NCBI GenBank assembly: GCA_951406725.2
Contig: OX597815.1
Span: 29,388,001-29,452,000, forward strand
Direction of reading: 5' to 3'
Length of the DNA: 64,000 nucleotides
From: Octopus vulgaris
Lineage: Eukaryota
Part shown: positions 27,001 to 42,200 of the stretch, piece after piece
How positions within the stretch are numbered: the stretch's first letter is position 1
Layout of the letters: the number at the start of each line of letters is the position of its first letter
Program-made: the position numbers and the translations under genes
Notes under the pieces: generated by a model
Databases searched by the model: none
What the model saw: the letters and a program-made list of their open reading frames with translations, nothing else
What the model was told of the DNA's origin: nothing

Positions 27001-30000
27001 CTGTTGTTAGCAGTACCAACATTAGCAGTGCCATTACTAGGGACAATTTCATTATTACTGGTAACATAAGAGATTTCATCACATGCAAAATCATCAATGT
27101 TGTAGTCACCAAAATTCAGTTCTGCCAAAGTTGGCCCAGAGTCAGTCTTTTCCATTTGCAAGAATTCATGGAAGTCTTTGCTATCATTCCATATGGTATC
27201 TGTTGTAAATTGTGAAGCAGGGGAATTTGGTGCAACTTCGAATCTGGGTTTCACAATGAAGCTATCAGCATTGTTTTCAAAATGTGGCTTCAGATCAAAT
27301 TCTTCCATGTTGACTGAATTCTGAGTTTGGTTTCCACTTGCCGGTAAATTTTGAATTTCAAGTTGAGGGAGTAGAGACAGGTCGTCTTTTTCCTGTTCAT
27401 ACATGTGTGGAGAGTTTGGACTGAAAGTAGTAGGAGATGGTACCATACAATAGATATCAGAAGGTAGCATGTGGTCAGAGCTATGAGGAGTATTTCCATA
27501 CAAGTCCATGTCAATGTTGGTTGGCTGTAATAAAAACAAGAGGGAATTATAATTAGAAATATTGATAAACAAAAGAGAAATTGATTCCATTTAATCTATT
27601 ATAACAACAAGAATAATAATTTTAACTTATTTTAATGTATCAGAAAGGAACAACCATTCTAGAGGCCAATGGTGTTGTACCCACCATACTGTATCCATAG
27701 TTACAGCATTAAACTTTAGAAATCTCAGTTTATTTTGTAAGCAGATACCACAAAATTTTTATTTCCTGATATCTTTCTCAATGTAATATGCAATAGCATT
27801 ACTATAAAACTGATGAGTACTTCATAGACCTCTACAGGTAAGGCTATAAAAGGAGTTCAGTTCTATTAGTCCCATCTAAAAGTTAATTGGGCTGGTTACC
27901 TATTGATAGATACCTTTGATTATAAAGCACCAAATAATCTATTTAACTACTACTTTGTGAAATGAAGAAATAACAATAGCAACAGCAAGAATATATCAAA
28001 ACAAAATCTAGACTGAATAGCAATGACCATGTGCATTAGAAGTCTGAAAGTAAAGGTTTCAAACAACATAGCTGATAGTCTACTACTTTAGAGAATATAT
28101 TAGGTTGTCCCAAAAGTTCGTAAACACTTGCGAAAATTGAATTTTTACTTGCCAAGTACTAACAAAAACAACAAAAATTATTCCTCAAAATAAAGACCAT
28201 TATTTTCCAAGGCTTTCTACGAACTTTTGGGACAACCTTATATATTACTCTAACTGTCCCAAACAATCAATTATTAACTTCCTTTTATCGTATGTTTTTC
28301 ATGTTTGCATGGATTGGATGGTTCATTGTACAGCTCAGAGCCAATACAATCAGTTTTTTATGAAGCCATGAAATCTGAGATCTGACCTCAAATCTGAAAA
28401 CTTCCCAATGAAGAGAAGGAACCATTAACTCTGATAGTTATGCCTCTATCTGAATTTTAAGAACCACTGTCATTTAATACATGATGTAGTGAATTACTGA
28501 ACTGGGTAGGGAAATAAAAATACATTTCATTGTTAGTTTATACAAGACAACAAAATATGAATAACAATTTGAAAATATTTTTTTCAGCATCTATCACTGA
28601 AACATATAACAAAAGAAACTAAGTAAAAAGATATACAAAAAACAATACATTAAAATGCAAAAATAAAAAAAAAACAGTGAGAATTTTACAGCAAAAACAA
28701 TGCAACACCAGATTTATAAAAACATTATATTTACAAGTTTCCCAAAGATGAACAGACTGTCTTTTTGTTTCATGTTGGGTAATACTTGTGTTAAGTGGCA
28801 TTTGCTTTAGCAATTTATCCAACAGTTATTAGTTATAGTAGTAGAAAGAGAAACAACAATCTCAGTTTCCTTAAATTTATATTTTGAACACAGATTTTAT
28901 CTTCATGAGAAAACTAAAGAGAAACTATATGTCCTGTTGAAAATGAAAGTGATACCATCTCGAATAATTTTCTTAGAAAGTAGATGTTACATTTGATCTT
29001 AGAAGAAGTAGCACTCATTAGGAATAAAACTTACAAAAGGATGAGACATTTATATGGAACAAGTATAAATTATAACACACATATTCACTAAACATATACA
29101 CACACACACACACACATGCATAAACATACATATACACCCACTCATCCGTGTGAGCAAAGACAGCTGATGTTTTGATTTTCATTTTAGATTAGGTTTCACT
29201 TTAGACTGCAACTACATGACAGGTTTGTGCACATACACAACAGCGTTTCTGTGTTTCTCAATTTGCTTCAGTCAACAAAGCTATAGTAACAGCCGGAGCC
29301 CCACCTCCAAACTCAAATGTTTTATCCATTAACTGAGTTTACAAGAACTACACAGAATTTTTGCTCTAATTATCAGGCATGTAATTTGCAATCATATAAG
29401 TTTTATGAATTTGGATGTCAGTTAATTTCTTTAAGACAATGAAATACCTATCATAGATTAGCAGAAAGGAAAAAAACTTGATCAAGTAGACCTTTTATTC
29501 TACAATAAAATATGGTAAGGGGAGGTGAAAATTCCTCCATTTAACAATATATATTATGTATGAGTGTGTGAATATATGTATACACATGCACACACACACA
29601 CGCAGACATATATATATATATATTATATTAAATTAGAGATAAAACCACTATTAGGCAAATCAAACAATGAAAAACTTAAGCCAATACATAAAATTAATTA
29701 ATTTATATTATTTTAAATATATATCAATATTATTAAAAATTTAATAAAAGATAATGAGTAAAACACTACGATCGTTTCATGGCTGTCCAATTCTTAATAA
29801 TTCGAGTTATGGTTACAGTTTGGATTTATTCCCTAATATTTTATTATTAATTAATATATATGATGATGATGATGATGATGATATATATATTTGTTTTGCA
29901 AGATTTTTGATGTGAAATCGTGTGTTGAAACAGATATTGTTGTATTTAGGAATGGTCATTTTGCCAGTTTAGCCAATAAAAACACATGCACTATATATTT

Positions 30001-32038
30001 GGTGTTACTTTGCTTCAGCGTTATTCATTTTTTGCATTAATCTTAATAATAAAAGTAACACCAAATATATAGTGCGTGTGTTTTTATTGGAGGGTATATC
30101 AGCTGAAACATTGTGTTAACACCAAACAAGATGAGGACAAATATCCATCAAATGTAAATAATGTACATAATTCCTCATCTCTTAAATAAAATTAATTTTT
30201 ATGTAATTTTATTTCTCTAAATATATCACAACATAAGACATTTCTGACTTATTTTTCAATAGGTATAATTCTTTATCTATTATTCTATTTTGTCATATCC
30301 AGAACACACATTGTGGGCCTGGGATCCCATCGTCCCGCGGACCTGTCCGGTCGAGAGGCAGTCACAACACAAAAACGCTGTCTGCCGCGGCTGTTGGCTG
30401 CGGTAGGGAGCTGGGAGTCGCAGGAAAGGGCGCTCGCCGGGGAGGCGGTGGAAGGAACGGGAACGCCCTCGTTCTCGCTCCTTCTGCTTCTTCCGGCCCG
30501 ATTAGCGCGCATGCCGCTCGATCCTCCGTCTCCCACAATGCCAGACTGTCATCGTTGCGAAGTGCTGTGATGGCCGTGCCCCGCCCGCCCTGAATCGTGC
30601 GGCCGACACGTAACAGATTCCAACAGCAACAGCAGAAGAGGAATGAACACAACGGCGTTGGGTTAACTGTTTACTTACATTTTTCTAATGCCTGAGACTG
30701 CCCTTGGTTCTACGACAGTAACTTTTTGCTTTAAACTGATTCTAAATTAAAAGCTTCCATAAAAATTTCATGTAAATTCATGTTCTGAACACCAGCTTTA
30801 TAATGACAGTGTTACTTTACTAAATTCATTATTTTCAAAATTAATTGACACAGAGTATATTTCAGTAAAAATATGGTAACAAAAGGGTTAATATACAGTT
30901 TTCACAGTTTCTTTTAAAGTACTTCTTTATATATATGTATGTATTTCACTACTGCCCACAAGGGGCTAAACACAGAGGGGACAAACGGATTATGTCGATT
31001 ACATCGACCCCAGGGCGTAACTGGTACTTAATTTATCGACCCCGAAAGGATGAAAGGCAAAGTTGACCTCGGCGGAATTTGAACTCAGAACGTAACAGCA
31101 GATGAAATACGGCTAAGCATTTCGCCCGGCGTGCTAACGAGTCTGCCAGCTCGCCACCTTGCATTTATGTATATGTATGAATGTTCATATTCTGTGTGCA
31201 TGAAAACTACTGAGCTACAAATGGTGACGTTTGCTGTCATTCCCCCATCAAAAAATCATTAGCTAGCTCTGGATTTCAAAGACATGTGTAATAAGAGCTC
31301 CCTTACATCAAAAACATGTAAAGGTTAGCAACATGAAGTGTGGCATCCAGCTGTAAGAGAATGCCCCATGCTAGCATGGAAAAACAGACGTCAAAATAAA
31401 AAGGAATATGTATACCAATGTACTATCTTTGAGGTTGCATGCCAGCACTAGTATATATTAAAATAACTATATGAAATAGATATAAAAAAAAAGCAGTGGT
31501 AAATGATGTATCAGATTGAAGAAGTGGAGTATGTCAAACTGAACTTGAAGCTTATAAAATGGGAAAGTTTGGTTAAGTAACCCGAAAACCATTATTTGTC
31601 ATGAAATTCACAGAAAACTTAAAATAACTCAGCATGTGTGTGTGTGTGTGTGTGTGCGTGCACGTATGAGAGAGGGAGAGTTAGTGAGAGAGTGAGTGAG
31701 TGAGTGAGAGAGAGAGTGAGTGAAAGAGAAAGTATATATGAGTAGAAAGTGCCATGGACATTTTATGAAACCGAAACTTTTAAAACTGAGTCTTTTAATG
31801 CTAAGAATTGCATATATTCTTTTATTCTTTTACTTGTTTCAATCATTTGACTGTGGCCATGCTGCAGCACTGCCTTCAGTCAAGCAAATCTACCCCAGGA
31901 TTTATTCTTTGTAAGCGTAGTACTTATTTTATTGGTGTTTTGCTGAACCACTAAGTTATGGGGATGTAAGCAAACAAGCATTGGTTGTCAAGGGATGTTG
32001 TGGGGAGAAACACAGACACAATCATATAGACACTCATA

Positions 32039-32109
<71 letters not shown>

Positions 32110-32541
32110 GTATATATATATAAGGGCATCCAGCCGTAGAAACATGCCATATATACATATATATATACATACATATATATACTTATACCCATGCTAGAAT
32201 GGAAAACGGACGCTATACGATGATGATGATGATGATGACACACATGCATACATATATATATATACACACACACACATATATATGCATAAACACACATAAA
32301 TACATAGACACTCCCCCCCCCACATATATATATACATAGGACACACTTCTTTTAGTTTCTGTCTACCAAATCCCCGTACAAGGCTTTGGTCAGCCTGAGG
32401 CTCTAGTAGAAGACACTTGGCCAAGGTGCCGTGCCACACAGTGGGAATGAAACTGGAACCATATGGTTGATAAGCAAGCTATTTACCACACAGCCACTCC
32501 TGCGCTTATATATATTTATATATGTATATATATATATCTAG

Positions 32542-32572
<31 letters not shown>

Positions 32573-33109
32573 CATATATATATAGTTAATCCAAACATGA
32601 AAACACAACAACGCGAGGCCATGGAACAAATATAGTGTTATTGGATGCTCAGGAAAGGAAAGAAAGAAGGAGGATTTACCGTTTCGAGCAGAGCTCTTCG
32701 TCAGAAAATAGGATAAGGAAAGACCCAAGGAAGGGAAGACAGAGGGAAAAAAATCGCCGACGATACGCACGCGGTCACATATTGAATATATCTATATATA
32801 TATATACATACATATATATATCTACATACATATAGAAACACACACACACACACACATATATATATACATACATATATGTATATATATATGCATGTGTATA
32901 TATACATATATATATATAAATACATATATATACATACAGGTCGCGGCCTGAAAGCGACGAAAATATTTTGGCAAATCAAATTTAACTGTTGAAGTGAATC
33001 TAATGGTTTTGTGTGTTTCTTAAATGGCTTATAAACACCTTCCATGCTGCAATTGTTTTTGTTCCAGCACACGATCTCAGATCAGATCACTTGCTATGCA
33101 AGTACATCT

Positions 33110-33156
<47 letters not shown>

Positions 33157-33234
33157 TATGTTGAATATGTTGTCTATTGACTATTTATACATGCTGGGCC
33201 ACTGGTGGTGATATTTATAACGAATATTCGCTAT

Positions 33235-33276
<42 letters not shown>

Positions 33277-34803
33277 CATACATATATATTATTCAAAAGA
33301 ATTCCAACTTAGTTTTTTATGTTTTATTTATACTCTTTATAATATTAATGTAGAATAAAGAATATATAGTATATATAGTATATATAGTAAAATGAAATGA
33401 AGTATTGATTGTCTTATTGAATATCAAATATTAAGGGACTAGTATACTTTCTTGCATTAAAGCAGTCTTCAAGGTCCCAGGTTGTGACAGGAGTGTTTCA
33501 ACTGTGATTGACTGACTGTCTTTTGTCCTTTATATAAGTTCCTGTGGACAGCAGTAGTAGTTGTTTGGCTATTTTTAGAGATGATGCCAAACCATTTTCT
33601 AATGTCTATTTTTAGAAATGATGACAGCAGTACTTTTTAGAGGTATTTTTGTGTTTTAGTTTTAGGGATAAGATTTTTAAACCCCAAATATTTCAGCCTC
33701 GCCTCGTTTTTGCATATTCTGTATAATTCACTAGTTATCGTTATAGATATTTAAGATCTATTCTCCCTTACAGGGCTGATAGAAATTGGCTGCCGATTCT
33801 TCGCGGCGCGCCCGCCCTACCCACCCCCACCACCAATACCGAATATCTCTATTTTGCTCCAACTATACCGGATGTCGTTTCTCCCACCACCATTATAGGT
33901 GTCTACTCTTTGAACCCCCCTCTTCAATACGCTATTTCACCATGCATTACCCCTCTCTCGATATCCTACGTTCTACTTGCCTAGAACCTGTCCTCTGAAC
34001 CACCCCTCCCACTGGTGCTCCCCTATATTTCTGCACCCCCCACCACCATTATAGGTGTCTACTCTTTGAACCCCCTCTTCAATACGCTATTTCACCATGC
34101 ATTACCCCTCTCTCGATATCCTACGTTCTACTTGCCTAGAACCTGTCCTCTGAACCACCCCTCCCACTGGTGCTCCCCTATATTTCTGCACCCCCCACCA
34201 CCATTATAGGTGTCTACTCTTTGAACCCCCCTCTTCAATACGCTATTTCACCATGCATTACCCCTCTCTCGATATCCTACGTTCTACTTGCCTAGAACCT
34301 GTCCTCTGAACCACTCCCACTGGTGCTCCCTATATTTCTGCACCCCCCACCACCATTATAGGTGTCTACTCTTTGAACCCCCCTCTTCAATACGCTATTT
34401 CACCATGCATTACCCCTCTCATATCCTACGTTCTACTTGCCTAGAACCTGTCCTCTGAACCACCCCTCCCACTGGTGCTCCCCTATATTCTGCACCCCCC
34501 ACCACCATTATAGGTGTCTACTCTTTGAACCCCCCTCTTCAATACGCTATTTCACCATACATTACCCCTCTCTCGATATCCTACGTTCTACTTGCCTAGA
34601 ACCTGTCCTCTGAACCACCCCTCCCACTGGTGCTCCCCTATATTTCTGCACCCCCACCACCATTATAGGTGTCTACTCTTTGACCCCCCTTGGGTCAATA
34701 CGCTATTTCACCATGCATTACCCCTCTCTCGATATCCTCGTTCTACTTGCACAGAACCTGTCCTCTGAACCACCCCTCCCACTGGTGCTCCCCTATATAT
34801 ATC

Positions 34804-34843
<40 letters not shown>

Positions 34844-34881
34844 CATCTATACATACATATACATCTATACATATATTCATG

Positions 34882-34916
<35 letters not shown>

Positions 34917-36040
34917 TTTTTTTATACACATATATATAAAACTGAAATATTTGTGTTATTGGGAACTTTAGTATGTGTGGAATATGTAATTATGAAAGAA
35001 CTGTTTTCAAAAATATCTAAGTTCTACTTGCCTAGAACCTGTCCTCTGAACCACCCCTCCCACTGGTGCTCCCCTATATTTCTGCACCCCCCCACCACCA
35101 TTATAGGTGTCTACTCTTTGAACCCCCCCCTCTTCAATAGAATGAATCAAGTACACTCTGTAATGTGGTTAGTCTAAGAACGAGAATCCATCCATAGTAA
35201 TCATACCAAGAATAGTGTTTAAGTGAGATACGTATCTCCAAACCATCCAAGAGGACAGTAATTGTAAATAAGTACTGACTGGGCTCACTATTGAACCCCC
35301 CATGGAAATATGTATGTATGTATATATGTGTGCCAGACCCCTGTGTGTGTGTGTGTGTGTGTTTGCGGAGTGGTTGGCGTTAGGAAGGGCATCCAGCTGT
35401 AGAAACACTGCCAGATCAGACTGGAGCCTGGTGCAGCCCGGGTTCCCAGACCCCGGTCAGACCGCCCAACCCGTGCTAGCGCGGAAAACGGACGTTAAAT
35501 GATGATGATGAAATAAGATTAAGTTAATCATTGTTTGTTCAGGTTGGGTTTGAATGACTTAATAAAGTCCTTTTCTCTCAGTTCTCTCTCAATTTCATTC
35601 TGGTTGTAAAGTTTATGAAATGGGAATATCATAAAAGTTTTCCGACCACATGTTGCTAGATGGTTACTCAGTGGTATTTGGCAGACTTCTGGGGTTTTAA
35701 TTTGTTGTTGATGCACACTCAAGTGTTCTGATAGTGCATTACCTGTCTGGCCAACATAAAGTTCTACACAATCTGGGCATTTGATGCAGTAGATTAAATT
35801 TCTGCTTTTGCAGTTCATGTTTACGTTTGTGAATATTTCCCCTGTTTTTGTGTTCATATATGGGCCGGTATGAATTGATTGGCATGAACCGCATCGGCTA
35901 TCCTTGCATTTTAGACACAGTGAATGGTTGATCAATGTTACTAAGGTCAAAACCTTGCCTTTGTTAATAACTTTTTCAAGCTTTTAGGCTGTCCCTTACT
36001 AAGAGTTATAGTTTGATCTATAATGATATTTTTCAATTCC

Positions 36041-36080
<40 letters not shown>

Positions 36081-36356
36081 TATATACATATTTATAAATG
36101 TTCTAAATTCTTTCACTGCTTTGGATTTTTATCTCATTCTGAAAATTTTTATATATACACATGCTGATATATGACCTACGTTGGACTCCTCATTCGCTTA
36201 ATCACCGAACCTGGAGCTTAACTATAGTCTTTCAATAGCACTTATTCAGTATTACCTGACACCTTTGGGTCTTACTGACACCATTACCTCTCATAACCTC
36301 TATACACACACACATACACACACATATATATATGCATATACATACATATATATATC

Positions 36357-36404
<48 letters not shown>

Positions 36405-36442
36405 CATCTATACATACATATACATCTATACATATATTCATG

Positions 36443-36476
<34 letters not shown>

Positions 36477-37736
36477 TTTTTTTATACACATATATATAAA
36501 ACTGAAATATTTGTGTTATTGGGAACTTTAGTATGTGTGGAATATGTAATTATGAAAGAACTGTTTTTCAAAAATATCTAAGATTGGAGAGGATCTTTAA
36601 TCATGCCAAGGACAAGGCAAGCATTCTAATGCTGGTCGGTGTTATAATAGAATGAATCAAGTACACTCTGTAATGTGGTTAGTCTAAGGACGAGAATCCA
36701 TCCATAGTAATCATACCAAGAATAGTGTTTAAGTGAGATGTATCTCCAAACCATCCAAGAGGACAGTAATTGTAAATAAGTACTGACTGGGTCACTATTG
36801 AAAGATGGAAATATGTATGTATGTATATATGTGTATGTGTGTGTGTGTGTGTGTGTGTGTTTGCGGAGTGGTTGGCGTTAGGAAGGGCATCCAGCTGTAG
36901 AAACACTGCCAGATCAGACTGGAGCCTGGTGCAGCCCCTGGGTTCCCAGACCCCGGTCAGACCGCCCAACCCGTGCTAGCGCGGAAAACGGACGTTAAAC
37001 GATGATGATGATGATATATATATATGAACACTGAAAGGAAACATTAAAATGGACAGATTGGCAAATGAGAAGCTGAAATGATTTTTCTTTATTAAGGAAA
37101 AGAACAAAATGAATGGTAACTTGAAATAGTCTATAAGGAAAGAAAATTGCTAAATGTGTATATATGAAGAGAAAGTGGTTTGGAAATGTTATGAGAGGCT
37201 GCTGCAAGTGGAACTAAGAGTAACTACAAGTACACCCAACAGAGGGACCAGCAGCTGAAGTGGACAAAATGACCATTAAATGTATGAAAGCTGGGAAAGC
37301 AGCAGGTATAGAGGCACACTTCATAGTCAAACAATGGCAAGAGAGATTTCTTACTAAGAGTGTGCTCTGTACTTTGCATCTTTTGACCTAGTAAAAGTCG
37401 TTGATAGGATACCAAGATCTGTTGTCAGGTGGTCTTTAAGAAAACTGGGTGTAGATGAATAGCTTCTGAGAGCAGTATGGGCCATGCACAGGGATAGTCA
37501 GTAAAGTGAGAGTTGGCAATGAGTTTAGTGAGGAATTTAGTATGCAGATAGGTGTTCACTAAGGCTTAGTTATCAGTCTCTTATTTATTACAGTTATCTA
37601 AAGCATAAAGAGGGATTTAAAAATGGCTATTCAATGCTGATGGCCTAGTTTTTAAAGTGGAGTCTGGGGAAGATTTAAAGAAATTCCAGATGCAGAGACA
37701 AAACCTAGAATCAAGAGGTATTGGAATAGAATTTGG

Positions 37737-37779
<43 letters not shown>

Positions 37780-39163
37780 CTGCTGCCATACAGGAGTTAG
37801 TCATGCTCAGTATGCAGAAAATGTCTAAGTATACAGTGTAAACTATAGATGTCCAAGAGGTGTACAGGGATCATAGAAAAGTTAGAAATGAATACAAATT
37901 TTGCATGTGGCAGATGCACAGGAGTAGTTAGCAGCCAGATCAACAGTAAAATCCTTTTCAGTGATCTGATGGCTCCACAGAAGTGGTTGATGGCTTCTAT
38001 TACCTAGGTGACTTAATAGGATGTAAAGGAAGGTACTCATGGCAGCCAGAATAAGAACATGATGGAAAAAGTTCATGGAAATATTACCTCTGCTGGTAAC
38101 GAAGAGTTCTCTCTTTGAATAAAGAGTAAATTATGAGTAGCTTATATACAAAGTGCTGTGCTGTATACAAGTGAGATGTAGGCAGTGAATGCAGAGGATG
38201 TGTGAAAACAAGAGAGAAATGAAGTAAGCATACTCCATTAGATGCATAATATTAGTGGTTATAAGAGAATTCAGAGATGACTGGGTCGGTATGTAGCATA
38301 AAGGATAATAACAGATGAGTGAAGAAATATCAAAAAACTCCAAGTAGAAGGAAACTGTGGAAGATGAAAAACCAAAGGAGATGACAAAAAAAGTGCAATA
38401 AATGGCAAGAGGCTGTATAGAAAAACTTAGAGCTTTGTCTTAAGAAATTGTTAATGTCCGTGACCTCTAAGCCCATGCAATGGACAAGGAATTGATAACC
38501 TAGAAGTTGGAGTGAGTTTATCAACATATATTTTGGTCATAAGTGGCATCAGATGTTAGTGCAAGAGAGACAACACATTGGTATGGTCATGTGATGTGTA
38601 TGGATAAGGACAGCTGCATAAGGAAGTGCTAATTGCTAAATGTGAATGGAACTTGTGGGAAATGTGGGACGTAGTGTGGGAGATGTAGGACAAAAGTAGT
38701 GAAGATCAACCTCAGAGTGTTGAGCCTCACAGATGAGATGACAAAGGACTGAAATGATTGGCTACTGTTAAATGATGATGAATATACTGTATATTCCTTA
38801 GAGTGAAGGGAAATATTCCCAGTTGTGTCACATGTCTAGTGTTCTCATTTTGTGCCTTTTTTTCTTATTTACATGCAATGCACAATCCTTGTTTTTATTT
38901 CCACTACTGTGATTTGCTATGACTAACTTGCATTCTCTCTCTCACTTTTTCTCTCTGTCCCTAATCTGTCAATCCCCCTTTTCACATTCCATCTCTTTTC
39001 TTTCTACTTCTTTTTCTATGCTGGTATAGTTTGGCTTGTTTAACAGGATCTAATGAGTTGGTGGATTGTCTCATGTTCCAATGTAATTTTCTATGGTTGG
39101 ATGCCCTTCCTAATGTCAACCACTTACAAGACTAAAGAGCTCCTAAAACTGAAGGAGAATAGA

Positions 39164-39208
<45 letters not shown>

Positions 39209-42200
39209 TGTGTGTGTGTGTGGATGTGATGATTTCAGGGAAGGTGATGTGAGAAGGCAAAATATGATGAGAATGTAGTAGTAGTGGAGAGTATAACATA
39301 GGGAAAGTGGTTATATTCACTTTTTGCGTAATTCTCAAGAAGTCAAAAAAGGAAGTCACACAATCACACTTGTTAAGCAAGTACACTTCTGAAATTTATA
39401 GGTGTCATGTATCTATTATCAAATCTACAAACTCAGATCAAATATCCATAAGCTATATACAATCTAGCCTTGGGTTACACATCATGACTGGTGACCTTTG
39501 ATTATAACAAACTTGATGTGACTCAATGAGGCATAATTTAGCTGTCAAGTTTATACACTTACACTTGAGGCTTTAACCTCAGAACTATCTTAAAACAAGG
39601 CCAGATACATATTTGAAAAGTAATAATTCAGTGATGTGTGTCAGTGTGTGGAAATGAAAAGTCATAGTACATTTCTGGAGAGAGAGGGAAAAAAGCTACA
39701 AGAATACAAGGTAATGAATTTAATGCTGTAAGTGAGAAACAGCAAAGTTCAATGTTTTGGGCAATAGATCATCATCAAAGACAAGCAGAGACAGAATGAC
39801 TTGTGGGGAATGACACAAGCTCCATGAATGTATTATTTGCAATGAAATCTGCATGGTGAAATTAATAATGAGAGTGAGTAGAGTGGAATGGTTTTTTAGT
39901 CATGATAGTGTTTTACCAGCAAATGAAGATAAGGTGCAAAGGTGTGTGAGTGTTTTAGGGCCAAGTGTGCGCATGTATATAGGGAAGTGTATATGTACAT
40001 ATAGAGGTAAAGTGTGAGTTTGTAATATAGGTATATGTGTAAGGAAGGGAGAATAAGGCACAATGGTTAGTGCCGGTGGCACGTAAAAAGCACCATCCGA
40101 TCGTGGCCGTTACCAGCCTTGCCTGGCCTCCATGCCGGTAGCACATAAAAAGCACCCACTACACTCATGGAGTGGTTGGCGTTAGGAAGGGCATCCAGCC
40201 GTAGAAACATTGCCAGATCAAACTGGGCCTGGTGCAGCCTTCTGGCTTCCCAGACCCCAGTTGAACCATCCAACCCATGCTAGCATGGAAAGCGGACGCT
40301 AAACGATGATGATGAAAGGAGGGAGTTTATCAGTGTGTATGTGAAGGTAGTGTTAGTGGGAGGTAGTTTTTCTAAAGGAAAACAAAGCAATTATTAATTC
40401 CTCTTGGGTAGGCTGTGTTCATGGTGCAAGCAGGAGGCAAGTGATTCTGTGGTGTAAAACAATATTAGTATAATAGTGACTACACACTGTTATACTGCAA
40501 TATTACTCTACAATGTGCTTTACATGACGTAAAACACTGTGTAGCATAGTTACTCATAAATATAATTGTACTCATATATGTTCACACAATCATACATATA
40601 AATACCCCTATATACATGCATGTGCATGTATATGTACATTACTCTCACCAGGATAAAGTAACTACTAGTTAAGAACAAAAGCTGCTTAATATATAGTATA
40701 AAGCTAGGTTTTTTTATACATGATCCCAACCTTGAAATTTGGTGTGCTTTAAGGGAAACTTACATTTAAAAAGAATGTTACTAAAATATTTATGCCATAT
40801 TTAATTTATAGTAACCTTATATAAGACTATTGTACATTGGGTACCGTTTCATTGGTGCACAAACAATAATGTGATTTTTTTTATCCAACAGCTCACAAAT
40901 TCTACAGATGGACAAACTGATACAATTATTGCTTTGACATTGCAGTTCTTTCCATTAATTAGGAACCCTTTATCTTTTTCAAAACTATATGAATTTTGAT
41001 GCTTTAACTTTGTACCACTTCAAGGCATAATATTCCATTAAGAAAAAAAAAAGTAATTTTTTATGAAAAAGATGGGGAGCTGATATGGTTGATGTTCAGC
41101 CTTAAACTTCTGCAAATTGATGTCTAATGGAAAACATGGGGTGGGGTGGGGTGGGGGGGGAAGTGAATTTCAGAGTTACAACTCTAAGAAGGAAGATTGA
41201 GAGAAATGATTACTACAAGATTTGGAGAATGTAAGAGTTGATTATGACAAGAGGTGGAGAGGCAGGAAAAATCAAATAGATTTGTGAGGAAAAAAAATAA
41301 TGGTTTTCCTTGGAAGAACTCTGTAGTGTCAGTAGAAAAGCTGGAGAGAAGCGTATCAAGCTGGTTTATGGTTAAGTATGTTGGTGAGTGAAAGTTTATC
41401 TATTGGTCACATGGGTTTTCTGTGCTTAGATGTAGTTCAGAATGAATGAGTGTGGCAGCTATCCACTACAAGATTCACGATCAGTACTCAAAAGGTAAAG
41501 TGCACTCGTGCTTTGAAGATATTCAACAACTGTTTGTGGTTGAAATATGTTCAATTTCTGGAGAGTAAATCTAGTTTTGGATGCATTTTTAGCTATATTA
41601 AACATAATAGTTTTGTGTTATTTTATATTACTTTAAGTAATAACTTCCTGACAACATCATACTCCAATATTCAATACTATTGTATTGAATATTGTATCAG
41701 TTTTCATGCAGTTAGATGTCACTTTCATTCTATGACAACCTACATCCTGTTATATCATTTAGTAACAGTATATCATTGACAAATATTTATCTCCACCCAC
41801 ATATAAATCATTGTAAGCTAATTCTTTTATTTTTTTACTTGTTTCAGTCATTTGACTGTCGCCATGCTGGAGCACCACCTTTAGTTGAGCAAATCGACCC
41901 CAGGACTTATTCTTTGTAAGCCTAGTACTTATTCTTTCAGTCGCTTTTGCCAAACCGCTAAGTTATGGGGGGTGTAAATATACCAGCATCAGTTGTTAAG
42001 TGATGTTGGGGTGGGGGGACAAACACAGACACACAAACATATACATCATCATCATCATCATTTAACGTCCACTTTCCATGCTGGCATGGGTTGGATGGTT
42101 TGACTGGAGGCTGGTGGGCCAGATGGCTGCACCAGACTCCAATCTGATCTGGCAGAATTTCTACAGCTGGATGCCCTTCCTAATGCTAACATATATAAAT

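Noticed and set aside
25959-27590. 543-aa ORF as a standalone single-exon gene
   Set aside because: The first 22 codons are polypyrimidine/acceptor sequence and the tail follows a GTAAGT donor; it is an internal CREBRF exon.
33886-34800. CRISPR-like array
   Set aside because: Units repeat end to end with no unique spacers, no cas genes, eukaryotic context.
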